Both the position numbers and the translations under genes were made by a program. Shown piece by piece: positions 29,931-39,648 of a stretch of 64,000 nt of DNA. Location: positions 186-64,185 of the forward strand of contig JAHJEX010000006.1 of NCBI GenBank assembly GCA_018825385.1, written 5' to 3'. How positions within the stretch are numbered: the stretch's first letter is position 1; each line of letters starts with the position of its first letter. The notes beneath the pieces are model-generated. The model made no database searches, was not told the DNA's origin, and saw nothing but the letters and a program-made list of their open reading frames with translations. Origin of the DNA: Patescibacteria group bacterium. GTDB taxonomy: Bacteria > Patescibacteriota > Patescibacteriia > UM-FILTER-42-10.

Positions 29931-31355
29931 TTAGTGTATTTTAAATGCTTTTTTGAGTAAAGAGATAAATATATATTCTTTTGCAAGTATTAATGATAAT
30001 AAATAGAAAACAAAACTAAGTAAAAGAATTATTACTAAATTTAAACCGGCATATCCTAATGCAAGTATGAAAAGTGCCGTTGGTATTCCAAGCAATAATG
30101 GGGTTTTGATGACACCAGTCAAATCAATATTGAGTTTTAAGTATCTTTTTATGAAGATGAAGTAAAGAATAAATCGGCAAATTTCTAACAGGAAGAATGA
30201 CCAAGATGCTCCGTAATATCCAAAGAAACTTACTATTAACGTATTAGTAACGAGTGATGTAATGGTAATGATTAAAAATAAAACTACGAATTTTTTGACG
30301 TGTTTTGAATTTATTATGACTAAAGTAAGTGGAGCTGATAGAAAAAAGAATAGCATTGCCCAGCCCAATACTGCCAATACAGGTGCAGCATTGCTGAATT
30401 CTATATCAAATAGCGTATTGATTATTTGTTTAGACAATAGGGAATAGGTAATCGCTAAAGGAAAAGCAATTAGAAATAATGCTCTTATTGCATTTTCTGT
30501 GCTTTCTTTCAAATAAGTTTTAACCGTATCAATAGATTTTCTGGCAATGGATGGAAAAAACACAATAATCAGACTCGTTGGTATGAAAGTTAATGAAAGC
30601 ATCAGTTTAAATGCTGCATTGAAAATTCCTACATCTGCGATCGGAGCAAATTTGGAAATAATAATAACAACATTATATATGTAGACATAGCCAAAGATAC
30701 TCACCAGAGCAAATGGCAGACCGTTGATTAATAAATATTTACATAGAGCAAAATCAATTTTTAATTTAATTCTTAAAACTGATCTACACGCGACAAATAA
30801 ATAAATCAATGACAGAACAAAGTTTAAAGCGATAATAGCAAAAAAAATATTTTTTACACTATAATTCAACAAAAGCATAATTAAAGCAGTACAAGGATTG
30901 ATAATGTTTTGTATCATAAGAACTAAAGAAGATATTCCCATTTTTTCCAGGGAGATAACAAAAGCATTGAGGGTATTAATTAAAAAATTAGCAAAAATAA
31001 GCATGCCAAGAATTGCAATGAGCTGAAAGATCTGCTCTGAATATCCTAAAAATTTTGCAGATAGAATAATCAAAAAATAAATTATCAAAGCTATAAAAAA
31101 ACGGACCACAAGAGAATTGAAAAGATATTTTTCTAATTTTGAACTATCCCTCGAGATATCACGGATGGTAAGGTTTTCAATACCAAAATCTGCTATCCCA
31201 CTGAAAAGCATAACGAAACTAAATGACAGAGTGTAAATCCCAAACCACTCGGTACCGAGCAGACGGGCAATGATCGGAACAGAAAAAAAGGAAATAATTT
31301 TTGTGAATGTTTGTCCTCCAACAACAAATATAGTATTCCTGACTAATTTTCCCAT
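29931..31355 (-). CDS. Wzx-like oligosaccharide flippase (MOP superfamily polysaccharide biosynthesis protein)
   Basis: 474 aa with about 12-14 TM helices. Typical length and topology. Sits in a glycan cluster. Confidence 0.65.
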   Translation of the reverse strand: MGKLVRNTIFVVGGQTFTKIISFFSVPIIARLLGTEWFGIYTLSFSFVMLFSGIADFGIENLTIRDISRDSSKLEKYLFNSLVVRFFIALIIYFLIILSAKFLGYSEQIFQLIAILGMLIFANFLINTLNAFVISLEKMGISSLVLMIQNIINPCTALIMLLLNYSVKNIFFAIIALNFVLSLIYLFVACRSVLRIKLKIDFALCKYLLINGLPFALVSIFGYVYIYNVVIIISKFAPIADVGIFNAAFKLMLSLTFIPTSLIIVFFPSIARKSIDTVKTYLKESTENAIRALFLIAFPLAITYSLLSKQIINTLFDIEFSNAAPVLAVLGWAMLFFFLSAPLTLVIINSKHVKKFVVLFLIITITSLVTNTLIVSFFGYYGASWSFFLLEICRFILYFIFIKRYLKLNIDLTGVIKTPLLLGIPTALFILALGYAGLNLVIILLLSFVFYLLSLILAKEYIFISLLKKAFKIH

Positions 31356-31436
31356 GAAATCAATTTACAATTAGTATAAATAATGGTATTATTATACCAG
31401 AAAATTGACTTAAAATAAAGATGAGTTTCCTTTATT

Positions 31437-32114
31437 ATGGCTCTATTTCACAATCTTTTCAAATATATTTTTGATTTATTTATTGCTCTTATACTACTTG
31501 TGCCAGTAGTGTTTTTTAGTATGGTGATTGGGATAGTAATCAAACTGGAGTCGCACGGCCCAGTTTTTTTTAAGCAAAAGAGATTCGGAAAACATAACAA
31601 GCCATTTGTGATGTATAAATTTCGAACAATGGTTAAAGATGCAGAGAAACAGCGGGGGTCATTAGAACAAAAGAATGAAGCTGAAGGATTTCTTTTTAAA
31701 CTCACGGAAGATCCAAGAGAAACCAAATTTGGCAGAAAACTCCGAAACATAGGGCTTGACGAAGTTCCGCAGATTTTTAATGTCCTGAAGGGAGAAATGA
31801 GTTTTGTCGGTCCTCGCCCGCTGCCTGTAAATGATGTGAACTTTGAAAAATTGAGAGCAAATCCAAATCAATATAGACAATGGGAAATACGTGAGTTAGC
31901 AAAGCCAGGAATCACTGGTCTATGGCAAGTGAATCCGGGTGAGCATTCTTTTGAAGAAATGCTAGATATGGATGAAAAGTATGTTACAGAGTATTCACTC
32001 ATTTCTGATTTGAATATTTTCCTTAAAACAGTGATGATGGCACTAAGAGGAGTTTTCCCCGGACTTTTTGCAAGGGCAGGTAAAAAAAAATTAATAGAAG
32101 ATAAGAATATTTAA
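31437..32114 (+). CDS. small (PglC-type) polyprenyl-phosphate phosphoglycosyltransferase (Bac_transf family)
   Basis: One N-terminal re-entrant helix. Signature DEVPQIFNVLKGEMSFVGPRPLP. Confidence 0.85.
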   Translation: MALFHNLFKYIFDLFIALILLVPVVFFSMVIGIVIKLESHGPVFFKQKRFGKHNKPFVMYKFRTMVKDAEKQRGSLEQKNEAEGFLFKLTEDPRETKFGRKLRNIGLDEVPQIFNVLKGEMSFVGPRPLPVNDVNFEKLRANPNQYRQWEIRELAKPGITGLWQVNPGEHSFEEMLDMDEKYVTEYSLISDLNIFLKTVMMALRGVFPGLFARAGKKKLIEDKNI

Positions 32115-32115
32115 A

Positions 32116-32853
32116 ATGATGGGATTATTAGTTTTTCTGTTTGGACTTATCATAGGTAGTTTTCTTAATGTAGTAATATATAGACTGAAACACAAAAAAA
32201 ACTTTTTAAAAGGAAGATCTTTTTGTACTCATTGTAAAAAAACTTTGTCAGCAATAGACCTTGTTCCGGTTCTGAGTTTCATATTTTTACGCGGAAAATG
32301 CCGGCACTGTCAGAAAAGGATTTCAAAGCAATACCCAATGGTTGAATTGGGCACTGGAATAGTTTTTCTTATTTTGTATATCAAATTTGGCTTAACTCTG
32401 GAGTTTTTTATCCACGCACTTTTTTCAGTATTTTTGATTATAATTTTTGTTTATGATTTGCTTTACTATTTGGTCTTAGATGTTGTTTCTGTCCCTGCCA
32501 TAATTGTAGGATTTGCGGGGTCTTTGCTATTAGGATTATCACTGACGAATCTGCTGATTGGTGGTATAATAGGGTTGAGTTTTTTCCTTTTACAGTTTGT
32601 AATTTCAAGGGGAAAATGGATTGGCGGGGGGGATCTGAGACTTGGTTTGATGTGTGGGTTTATGGTTGGATGGCCAAAGATCCTTGTGCTTCTGGTAGTA
32701 ACTTATATTAGTGGAGCTATTATTTCGGTATTCCTATTAGCTTCGAAAAAAAAGAAATGGAAGGACTCAGTTCCACTTGGTATATTTCTTACACTTGCTA
32801 CGCTAGTTGTAATATTGTTCGGTGATAAAATTATTGACTGGTATACTCTATAA
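32116..32853 (+). CDS. pilD: prepilin peptidase (A24 family)
   Basis: N-terminal SFLNVVIYRL. Zinc-binding CTHC...CRHC. Catalytic GGGDLRLG motif. Polytopic. Confidence 0.9.
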   Translation: MMGLLVFLFGLIIGSFLNVVIYRLKHKKNFLKGRSFCTHCKKTLSAIDLVPVLSFIFLRGKCRHCQKRISKQYPMVELGTGIVFLILYIKFGLTLEFFIHALFSVFLIIIFVYDLLYYLVLDVVSVPAIIVGFAGSLLLGLSLTNLLIGGIIGLSFFLLQFVISRGKWIGGGDLRLGLMCGFMVGWPKILVLLVVTYISGAIISVFLLASKKKKWKDSVPLGIFLTLATLVVILFGDKIIDWYTL

Positions 32854-32855
32854 TT

Positions 32856-33632
32856 ATGTTCACAATGAAGTGTTTCAGTCCAAGGGTAAGAAGGGGATAC
32901 ACATTACTGGAAATGGTAATTGCTGTATCTTTGTTTGTTATTATCTCTGTAGTTGTTTTAAATAATTTTCGACAAGGCCAGAAACTGGACGATTTAAAAA
33001 CTGGTTCAGTTGAAATGGTAAGCAATTTTCGCGAAATGCAGACTCTTGGGATGTCTGGCCAAGTAGTAAATATTTGTCATGGCGGAGAAAATGATCTGGA
33101 TTCCTGTGCTGAAGATACTGATTGTCCAAATGGTGTTTGCGGTTTAGTGCCGGCTGGAGGATTTGGTATTTCGATTGGACCTGTTAACGAAGGTGATGAT
33201 GGTGAAGTGCACTGTTATGATGCAGGGGCGAGTAAACCTTGTCGAACCAACTATACACTGTTTGCTGATACGGTAAGTCTTTTTGGAATCAACGGAAGAT
33301 TTGAAAAAAATAATGATATTACCTTGGACGTTTATGATCTGCCGAATAATGTACGAATCAGAGATTTTCATGTTGTTTGTTCCTGGAAAGATGAACCAGA
33401 GTACACACCATGTCCACCTGCTAGTCCTTTTGGAATTGATGTTTCTTTCCGTCCTCCCAGACCAACTCCCTTCCTTCATTCGGCCTATGGTGGATTTCCA
33501 GGTACAACATATTCGGAACTGAGCGTTAAAATTTTAATAGAACATATCAGTGCGGGAAAATGCCGCATGGTAACAATTAATGGCATATCCGGTCAGGTAA
33601 GTGAGAATCCAGATCCTGATTGTCATATATAA
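32856..33632 (+). CDS. pilin-like protein (pseudopilin / minor pilin)
   Basis: Prepilin motif RRG|YTLLEMVIAVSLFVI. Cys-rich globular domain with DTDCPNGVCG. Confidence 0.8.
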   Translation: MFTMKCFSPRVRRGYTLLEMVIAVSLFVIISVVVLNNFRQGQKLDDLKTGSVEMVSNFREMQTLGMSGQVVNICHGGENDLDSCAEDTDCPNGVCGLVPAGGFGISIGPVNEGDDGEVHCYDAGASKPCRTNYTLFADTVSLFGINGRFEKNNDITLDVYDLPNNVRIRDFHVVCSWKDEPEYTPCPPASPFGIDVSFRPPRPTPFLHSAYGGFPGTTYSELSVKILIEHISAGKCRMVTINGISGQVSENPDPDCHI

Positions 33633-33647
33633 TAGATCAATAGTTTC

Positions 33648-34289
33648 ATGTTATCCAAAAGAATACTAAAGAATAATAAGGGACAAAATCTGATAGAACT
33701 AGTTGTTGCTATCAGCATTATTCTGATTGGTGTTGTAAGTACACTCGTTCTAACTATGGCAACAATCAGAGGAGGAAAGGCAAGTGAAATGCAGACAATA
33801 GCCAGTAATCTTGCCCGAGAAGGAATAGAGGCAGCAAAGCAGCAAAGGTATAACAATTGGTTAAGAATTGAATCGAATGATCTTTCGTTTATAGACTGGG
33901 ACGATGGACTATACAGTATTGATAATTCATCAAATATTGCAAGGGCCGATTTTAATCCTGCAAGTTCTCCTAATTGGGAAATAAATTTTGCAGTTGATGC
34001 AAGCGCTTCCGACATCTGTATTTCAAATGAAGAATGTTTACTATATTTCCAAAATGGAATATATTCTCATAATTCTTCTGGCGTTCCCTCCTCTTTCTAC
34101 CGGGTTATTACTATTAATCCTATCTGCATAAAAAGTGGAATAGAAATAATTAGAACTGACTCTGCCCAATGTATAATTTCTGATGGTGAAGAAAAAATTG
34201 GTTTACAGGTAATTTCTGATGTGCGCTGGCGGATAAGAAATAGTTGGAACTCAGTTGTATTCGAAGATCATTTATACAACTGGAAATAA
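33648..34289 (+). CDS. pilin-like protein (pseudopilin / minor pilin)
   Basis: KGQNLIELVVAISIILIG is an N-terminal prepilin-type helix. Confidence 0.8.
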   Translation: MLSKRILKNNKGQNLIELVVAISIILIGVVSTLVLTMATIRGGKASEMQTIASNLAREGIEAAKQQRYNNWLRIESNDLSFIDWDDGLYSIDNSSNIARADFNPASSPNWEINFAVDASASDICISNEECLLYFQNGIYSHNSSGVPSSFYRVITINPICIKSGIEIIRTDSAQCIISDGEEKIGLQVISDVRWRIRNSWNSVVFEDHLYNWK

Positions 34290-35044
34290 TGAAATATACA
34301 ATGAACGGGAAAAAAGAGAATTTGATATCAAAGCAAGACGGATTTTCCCTCATGGAGATGGTAGTCGTTTTGGCTGTTTTTTCAATGACTGCGTTAATGG
34401 CTGTCGATTTGTTTGTTACTATAACAAATGTTCAAAGACAGGTACGCAATCTTCAAGCAGTACAAAGTGATGCCCGATTCGCTATGGAATCAATGGTAAG
34501 AGAAGTAAAGACAGGGACGATAGATTATGAATTTTATAGGGGTTATTGTAGGGGAGGAAGTGAGGAGGATGGTAATGACTATTCCCTTTGTACCAGCGAT
34601 TTCGATTGCACAGTCGGCGGGGAATGCCTAGTAGTTGATTTATCTGATGGGCCTACTGATATTTTGGTCACAAGAGACCATGAGAATAACCAAATTTTAT
34701 ACAGATTAAACGGGGACGCTATAGAAGTGTGTTCCAATAGATCGCTCTATCGAGCTCGATGTGCATATGGCGCTAACTGGCAAACTGTGACCCCAGAAAA
34801 GGTGAAGATGACGGAAATGGCTATGTATATTTTCCCGTTTTCTGACCCATATTCAACTAAGACAAGTTGTACTGTTCATGAGGATTGTGATTCCGGAATT
34901 TGCGATACTGATACAAATTTTTGCGAAATACCAGACTTTCAACCAATGGTTACAATTGTATTAGAAAGTGAAGCAGGGAAAGATGAAGATCAAGAGAAAA
35001 TAAATCTTCAAACAACTGCAACCTCAATGATATACCGACGATAA
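34289..35044 (+). CDS. pilin-like protein (pseudopilin / minor pilin)
   Basis: DGFSLMEMVVVLAVFSM prepilin helix. Start chosen at the ATG overlapping the upstream stop (taATG), in frame with the ORF reported from 34244. Motifs SDFDCTVGGEC and HEDCDSGIC. Confidence 0.75.
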   Translation: MKYTMNGKKENLISKQDGFSLMEMVVVLAVFSMTALMAVDLFVTITNVQRQVRNLQAVQSDARFAMESMVREVKTGTIDYEFYRGYCRGGSEEDGNDYSLCTSDFDCTVGGECLVVDLSDGPTDILVTRDHENNQILYRLNGDAIEVCSNRSLYRARCAYGANWQTVTPEKVKMTEMAMYIFPFSDPYSTKTSCTVHEDCDSGICDTDTNFCEIPDFQPMVTIVLESEAGKDEDQEKINLQTTATSMIYRR

Positions 35045-37288
35045 ATGAAAATATTTATTCAAAAATTAGAAACAAATCTGCCCGGAAAAAAAGACGAATC
35101 CGGGCAAGCGTTATTGCTTTCATTGTTGATCATGGCAACTATTACTGCTGCGGGTATTGGGTTTGCCACTCTTATTATCAGCCAAATTAGGGCAGCGGAA
35201 AACATTGACAATGCTATTACGGCTACATATGGTGCTGAGAGTGGACTGGAAAAAGCCCTGCATATTGTGAAAACAAATCGTCTTAGCGGTGCATCATTAT
35301 CAGGTACTATTACAGAAATAGAAGGGCTTACAGATTCACCGGCGTTTTCCAAAAATGGTTTGAGTGTTGAATTTGATGAAGATGCTATTTCAAGTACGGA
35401 ACTAAACAATAAATTTTCACTTTCGCAAGACAAATCAAAACAAATAGACTTTTACAATCCCGATGATCCTTTTGGTGCAACAACAGGTATCAATGCTTTA
35501 TATTTATCCTGGGACAATAATCCACTTCCAACTAATGATTTGAATTATGCATCCGGATACGGGACAGGTTCTGAATGGGTGGAAGTAACCTGGACTGGAT
35601 GGAACGCAGACGGAGATTCATTCGAGAATGTTGAGAAAGTTTTACTTTCGAGTGGTGACCTAGCTTTTGATAATCCAGGTGGTTTGTGTCCTGCAGATTC
35701 ATATATTCAGTGCACTACTATTCAGCTAGATCCTGTGGGTGGAGCTGAGTTATTGTATTATCAGGTGAGAATAAAAGCACTCCATGCAGATATAGACGAT
35801 ATCGAAATAAAAGCGCTTAATGCGGCTGATGAATTGGTGAATATCCCTTCACGCGTTTATATTAAAACTATAGGAAAATACGGGCGTACTCAGCAAGCGT
35901 TAAATGCATCCTTACCGTGGAAAATTTCTGCCTCGGGGTTATTTGATTACGTAATATTTTCCGAAGAGCAAATCGACAAAGCTCCTGAGACAAACTATCA
36001 GACCTCAGGAACGATTGAGATAGAAAGAGGGATTGCGATCAGCGAAGCAAATACCTCATGTGGATGTAGTGCCGATTTTGATAATTGTTCTCGATATCCC
36101 ACTTGTTTTGGTTCACCAAACTGCACCGGCCCACTGGGCTTAGGTTTTGAGGCGGAATATTGGCAGTCGTCACTTGCTTGTAACAAAAACATACTCGCCG
36201 ATCTTGGAAGTGATATTCGACCCAGCGGTTGGGGTACTTGCAATTTATATTATCTTCCAGGAGCATGCAGTAGTGGTGAAGAATACGCACAAATAAAAAA
36301 ATTAATTACTGCTGATGATTTGCCATACAATGAAGGGGATTACTATGTTTCAATGAGAGCCTTATATAATTCTAACCAAAATTCAGAGGAATTTTCAGTA
36401 ATTATTGATGATGGCAGCTGTAATCCGGATACAACCTGTCAGAGGATAGATGTAAGAGATTTATATGCTACAATGGCTAATCCGGCTGTCACTGAGTACA
36501 AAACATGTATTTCTCAAACAAAATTGCATATTGAACCGAACGATACAATTATTTTTGAATATAGAAATGGTGACGAAAACAACAGTGTTGATTTAGACTG
36601 GTATCAATTTTCAAGCGGCATCCCGCCGGGAGTTTCAGAAAGATGTGATTCTGATTTCACTCCGTTAAAGATCCAAATGGAAAACGGTATTGAAAGAAAT
36701 AAAATAATTAATGATCAGTGTACGTGCATTGACTCCACATGCAAAGAGATAGGGAGTGATTGTCTAAAAATTGGTTGGAATCCCGGTACCTTTGATGATT
36801 TAGAATCACCCGTTGTGCAATGTTATAGATATTCTAACGAAACCGAATTCCCGTCTTCTGGTGTTGGTAAGTGGGATGTTGAGAATCGCGCAAATGGTTG
36901 GGGGGCATGTCTATTTAACAGTGACCGATGGATGAGATATGTAGTCCCTAAGGGTGTTAGTTCTGGACCATATTTTATTTCAATACGAGCTGGGTTTACA
37001 GAAGATACGGGAAACATAGTAAAGGTTGAAGTATATGATGGTCCTGCGCCAAAAGGAAAAATAGTAGATACATTTATATCAAATGATTTGTGGGGATCTG
37101 CAAATACGCCGGCAAATGCATTCGTAGAGTGCACCTTCCCTAATCATGTAGTTTTGAAGTTCGGATATGAAATAAAATTATCAGTAACTAATAGTGATAC
37201 ATATATTGATTGGTTTGAAATTTCTGATACTCCTCCCGGCTATCACAGCTGTTTTGGTTCTGCAATTCCATATGGTGTAACACCATGA
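35045..37288 (+). CDS. large PilX-N-like pilus-associated protein with ~650-aa Cys-rich extracellular region (candidate tip adhesin)
   Basis: N-terminal GQALLLSLLIMATITAAGIGFATL resembles the PilX_N hydrophobic segment. More than 25 Cys. Lies directly after the three pseudopilins. Confidence 0.6.
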   Translation: MKIFIQKLETNLPGKKDESGQALLLSLLIMATITAAGIGFATLIISQIRAAENIDNAITATYGAESGLEKALHIVKTNRLSGASLSGTITEIEGLTDSPAFSKNGLSVEFDEDAISSTELNNKFSLSQDKSKQIDFYNPDDPFGATTGINALYLSWDNNPLPTNDLNYASGYGTGSEWVEVTWTGWNADGDSFENVEKVLLSSGDLAFDNPGGLCPADSYIQCTTIQLDPVGGAELLYYQVRIKALHADIDDIEIKALNAADELVNIPSRVYIKTIGKYGRTQQALNASLPWKISASGLFDYVIFSEEQIDKAPETNYQTSGTIEIERGIAISEANTSCGCSADFDNCSRYPTCFGSPNCTGPLGLGFEAEYWQSSLACNKNILADLGSDIRPSGWGTCNLYYLPGACSSGEEYAQIKKLITADDLPYNEGDYYVSMRALYNSNQNSEEFSVIIDDGSCNPDTTCQRIDVRDLYATMANPAVTEYKTCISQTKLHIEPNDTIIFEYRNGDENNSVDLDWYQFSSGIPPGVSERCDSDFTPLKIQMENGIERNKIINDQCTCIDSTCKEIGSDCLKIGWNPGTFDDLESPVVQCYRYSNETEFPSSGVGKWDVENRANGWGACLFNSDRWMRYVVPKGVSSGPYFISIRAGFTEDTGNIVKVEVYDGPAPKGKIVDTFISNDLWGSANTPANAFVECTFPNHVVLKFGYEIKLSVTNSDTYIDWFEISDTPPGYHSCFGSAIPYGVTP

Positions 37289-37296
37289 TATAAAGA

Positions 37297-39342
37297 GTGG
37301 CCTTGGTAAAAATGAATAAAAAAGACGCAAAAGCGCGCATAGCAAAACTAAAAATAGAAATTAATCATCACCGGTATTTGTATCACGTTTTAGATAAGCC
37401 GGTGATTTCTGATGCTGCTCTGGATTCACTTAAACATGAATTGGACAAACTTGAAAAAGAGTACCCCGAATACATTACGCCAGATTCTCCGACACAGCGC
37501 GTAAGCGGAAAGGCACTAAATAAGTTTGAAAAGGTTATTCATAAAACTAAAATGGTTTCTTTGAATGACGCGTTTTCAAATTCTGAAATTAGAGAATGGG
37601 AAGAAAGAAATAATAGGCTATTACCAGACAACGTAGATTTAAACTATTACACAGAAATCAAGATGGATGGATTGGCAATATCCTTGATATATAAAAATGG
37701 GAAGTTAGAAAAGGGTGTAACCAGGGGAGATGGTAGAATTGGTGAAAACGTTACGAACAACATCAGAACAATTGATGCAATACCATTGAAATTGAAAACT
37801 GATAAACTGAAGCAGAACACTACCGATGAGATAGAAGTAAGAGGGGAGGTTTATATGGAAACAAAAGTTTTTGAAGAGTTGAATGAAATTCAGAAAAAGA
37901 ATAATCAACCGGAGTTTGCAAATCCCAGAAATGCTGCAGCGGGTTCTATTAGGCAACTGGATCCCAAGGTTGTCAGGGAAAGAAAACTGGATTTCATGGC
38001 ATATGATTTAATCACTGATCTGGGACAAAAAACCCATGAAGAATCTCATGATTTACTTGAAAAATTAGGATTTGCTGCCAAACTGCTACACGAGAGAAGT
38101 ATGAAGTGTAAATCTCTTGATGAGGTTTATAAACAGTTCGAGTGGATAGAGAAAAGAAGAAATAGTCTTCCATTTTGGATTGATGGGGTAGTGATAACTG
38201 TTAATGAAATAGAAACATACAAAAAACTAGGCATTGTTGGTAAGGCCCCGCGAGGTTCAGTCGCTTATAAGTTTCCGGCAGAGCAGGCCACAACTATTGT
38301 CGAGGATATTCAGGTTCAAATAGGAAGGACGGGAGCGCTTACTCCTGTAGCGCATCTTAGGCCGGTCCGAGTTGCAGGTAGTATTGTTTCCAGAGCTACT
38401 CTTCATAATGAAGATGAAATAAAAAGATTGGATTTGCGGATAGGTGATACAGTTATCATTCAAAAAGCAGGTGATATCATCCCGGATATAGTTGAAGTTC
38501 TCCCCAAAATGAGAACAGGAAAAGAAAAAAAATTCAATATGCCAAAATTATGTCCCATGTGTAAATCAAAAGTATTAAGAAAAGAAGGAGAAGTTGCGCA
38601 TTATTGTACGAGTAATAATTGCTTTGCTGTTCAAAGAGAGAAAATATACCACTTTGTTTCAAAGAAAGCATTTGATATTGAAGGGCTTGGACCTAAGATA
38701 ATTGATCAGTTGTATGAAAATGGTCTGATAAAAAATGTAGTGGATATTTTTGATCTTACTTTTGATGAATTGAAATCATTAGAGCGTTTTGCAGAGAAGT
38801 CTGCCGAAAATACAATAAAGGCGATTGAGAATTCCAAAAGCATTACCCTGTCTCGCTTTGTTTATGCATTAGGAATTCGCCACGTTGGAGAGGAAACTGC
38901 AATTGATTTGGCAGACAATTTTGGTAGCATTAATAAATTGCAAAAAGTTGACAGAAATACTCTCAATACTGTACACGAAATTGGCGACATAATGGCAGAA
39001 TCTATTACAAAATTTTTTAAAGAAACAAACAATAGAAATATAATCAATGGTCTTATCAAAAGAGGAGTTACAATTATTGATCCAAAAAAAAAGAAAAAAA
39101 CAGCAATTACGGGTAAAAGCATAGTAGTAACAGGGACGCTCAATTCCTTGTCTCGCGAAGAAGCAAAAAAGAGGATAAGAGAAACAGGCGGTAATGTTTC
39201 TAGTTCAGTAAGCAAGCAAACTGATTTTGTAGTTTGTGGTGATAATCCTGGGTCAAAATATGATAAGGCGAAAAAGCTTAATATTACTACTGTTTCCGAA
39301 ACAAAATTCCTTGCCTTGCTGAAGCAAAAAATGATAGAATAG
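37297..39342 (+). CDS. ligA: NAD-dependent DNA ligase
   Basis: Adenylation motif KMDGLAIS. OB fold. Zn finger CPMCKSK...CTSNNC. HhH and C-terminal BRCT (IVVTGTL...). Confidence 0.95.
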   Translation: MALVKMNKKDAKARIAKLKIEINHHRYLYHVLDKPVISDAALDSLKHELDKLEKEYPEYITPDSPTQRVSGKALNKFEKVIHKTKMVSLNDAFSNSEIREWEERNNRLLPDNVDLNYYTEIKMDGLAISLIYKNGKLEKGVTRGDGRIGENVTNNIRTIDAIPLKLKTDKLKQNTTDEIEVRGEVYMETKVFEELNEIQKKNNQPEFANPRNAAAGSIRQLDPKVVRERKLDFMAYDLITDLGQKTHEESHDLLEKLGFAAKLLHERSMKCKSLDEVYKQFEWIEKRRNSLPFWIDGVVITVNEIETYKKLGIVGKAPRGSVAYKFPAEQATTIVEDIQVQIGRTGALTPVAHLRPVRVAGSIVSRATLHNEDEIKRLDLRIGDTVIIQKAGDIIPDIVEVLPKMRTGKEKKFNMPKLCPMCKSKVLRKEGEVAHYCTSNNCFAVQREKIYHFVSKKAFDIEGLGPKIIDQLYENGLIKNVVDIFDLTFDELKSLERFAEKSAENTIKAIENSKSITLSRFVYALGIRHVGEETAIDLADNFGSINKLQKVDRNTLNTVHEIGDIMAESITKFFKETNNRNIINGLIKRGVTIIDPKKKKKTAITGKSIVVTGTLNSLSREEAKKRIRETGGNVSSSVSKQTDFVVCGDNPGSKYDKAKKLNITTVSETKFLALLKQKMIE

Positions 39343-39348
39343 ACAAAC

Positions 39349-39648
39349 ATGGCAATAACAAAAGAAGAGGTTAAACATTTAGCAAAGCTCGCTCGAATTG
39401 GGCTTTCCAAGGAAGAGGTTGATAGATTTCAAAAACAAATCACCTCTATTTTAGATTATGTTGATATGCTAAAGAAGGTTACTGTTGAGAAAGGGGAAAA
39501 GATTGTCATGTCAGACGTTGAGAATATTTTAAGAGATGATGTAGTAAAACAATCAAAGAATCAAGAAAAACTTATTGAACAAGCACCTGATCAAAAAAAC
39601 GGTTATATTAAGGTAAAAACAATTTTGAAAAAAAATGAAACTATCTGA
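39349..39648 (+). CDS. gatC: Asp/Glu-tRNA amidotransferase subunit C
   Basis: The ~95-aa GatC pattern EEVKHLAKLARIGLSKEEVDRFQKQITSILDYVD. Confidence 0.85.
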   Translation: MAITKEEVKHLAKLARIGLSKEEVDRFQKQITSILDYVDMLKKVTVEKGEKIVMSDVENILRDDVVKQSKNQEKLIEQAPDQKNGYIKVKTILKKNETI

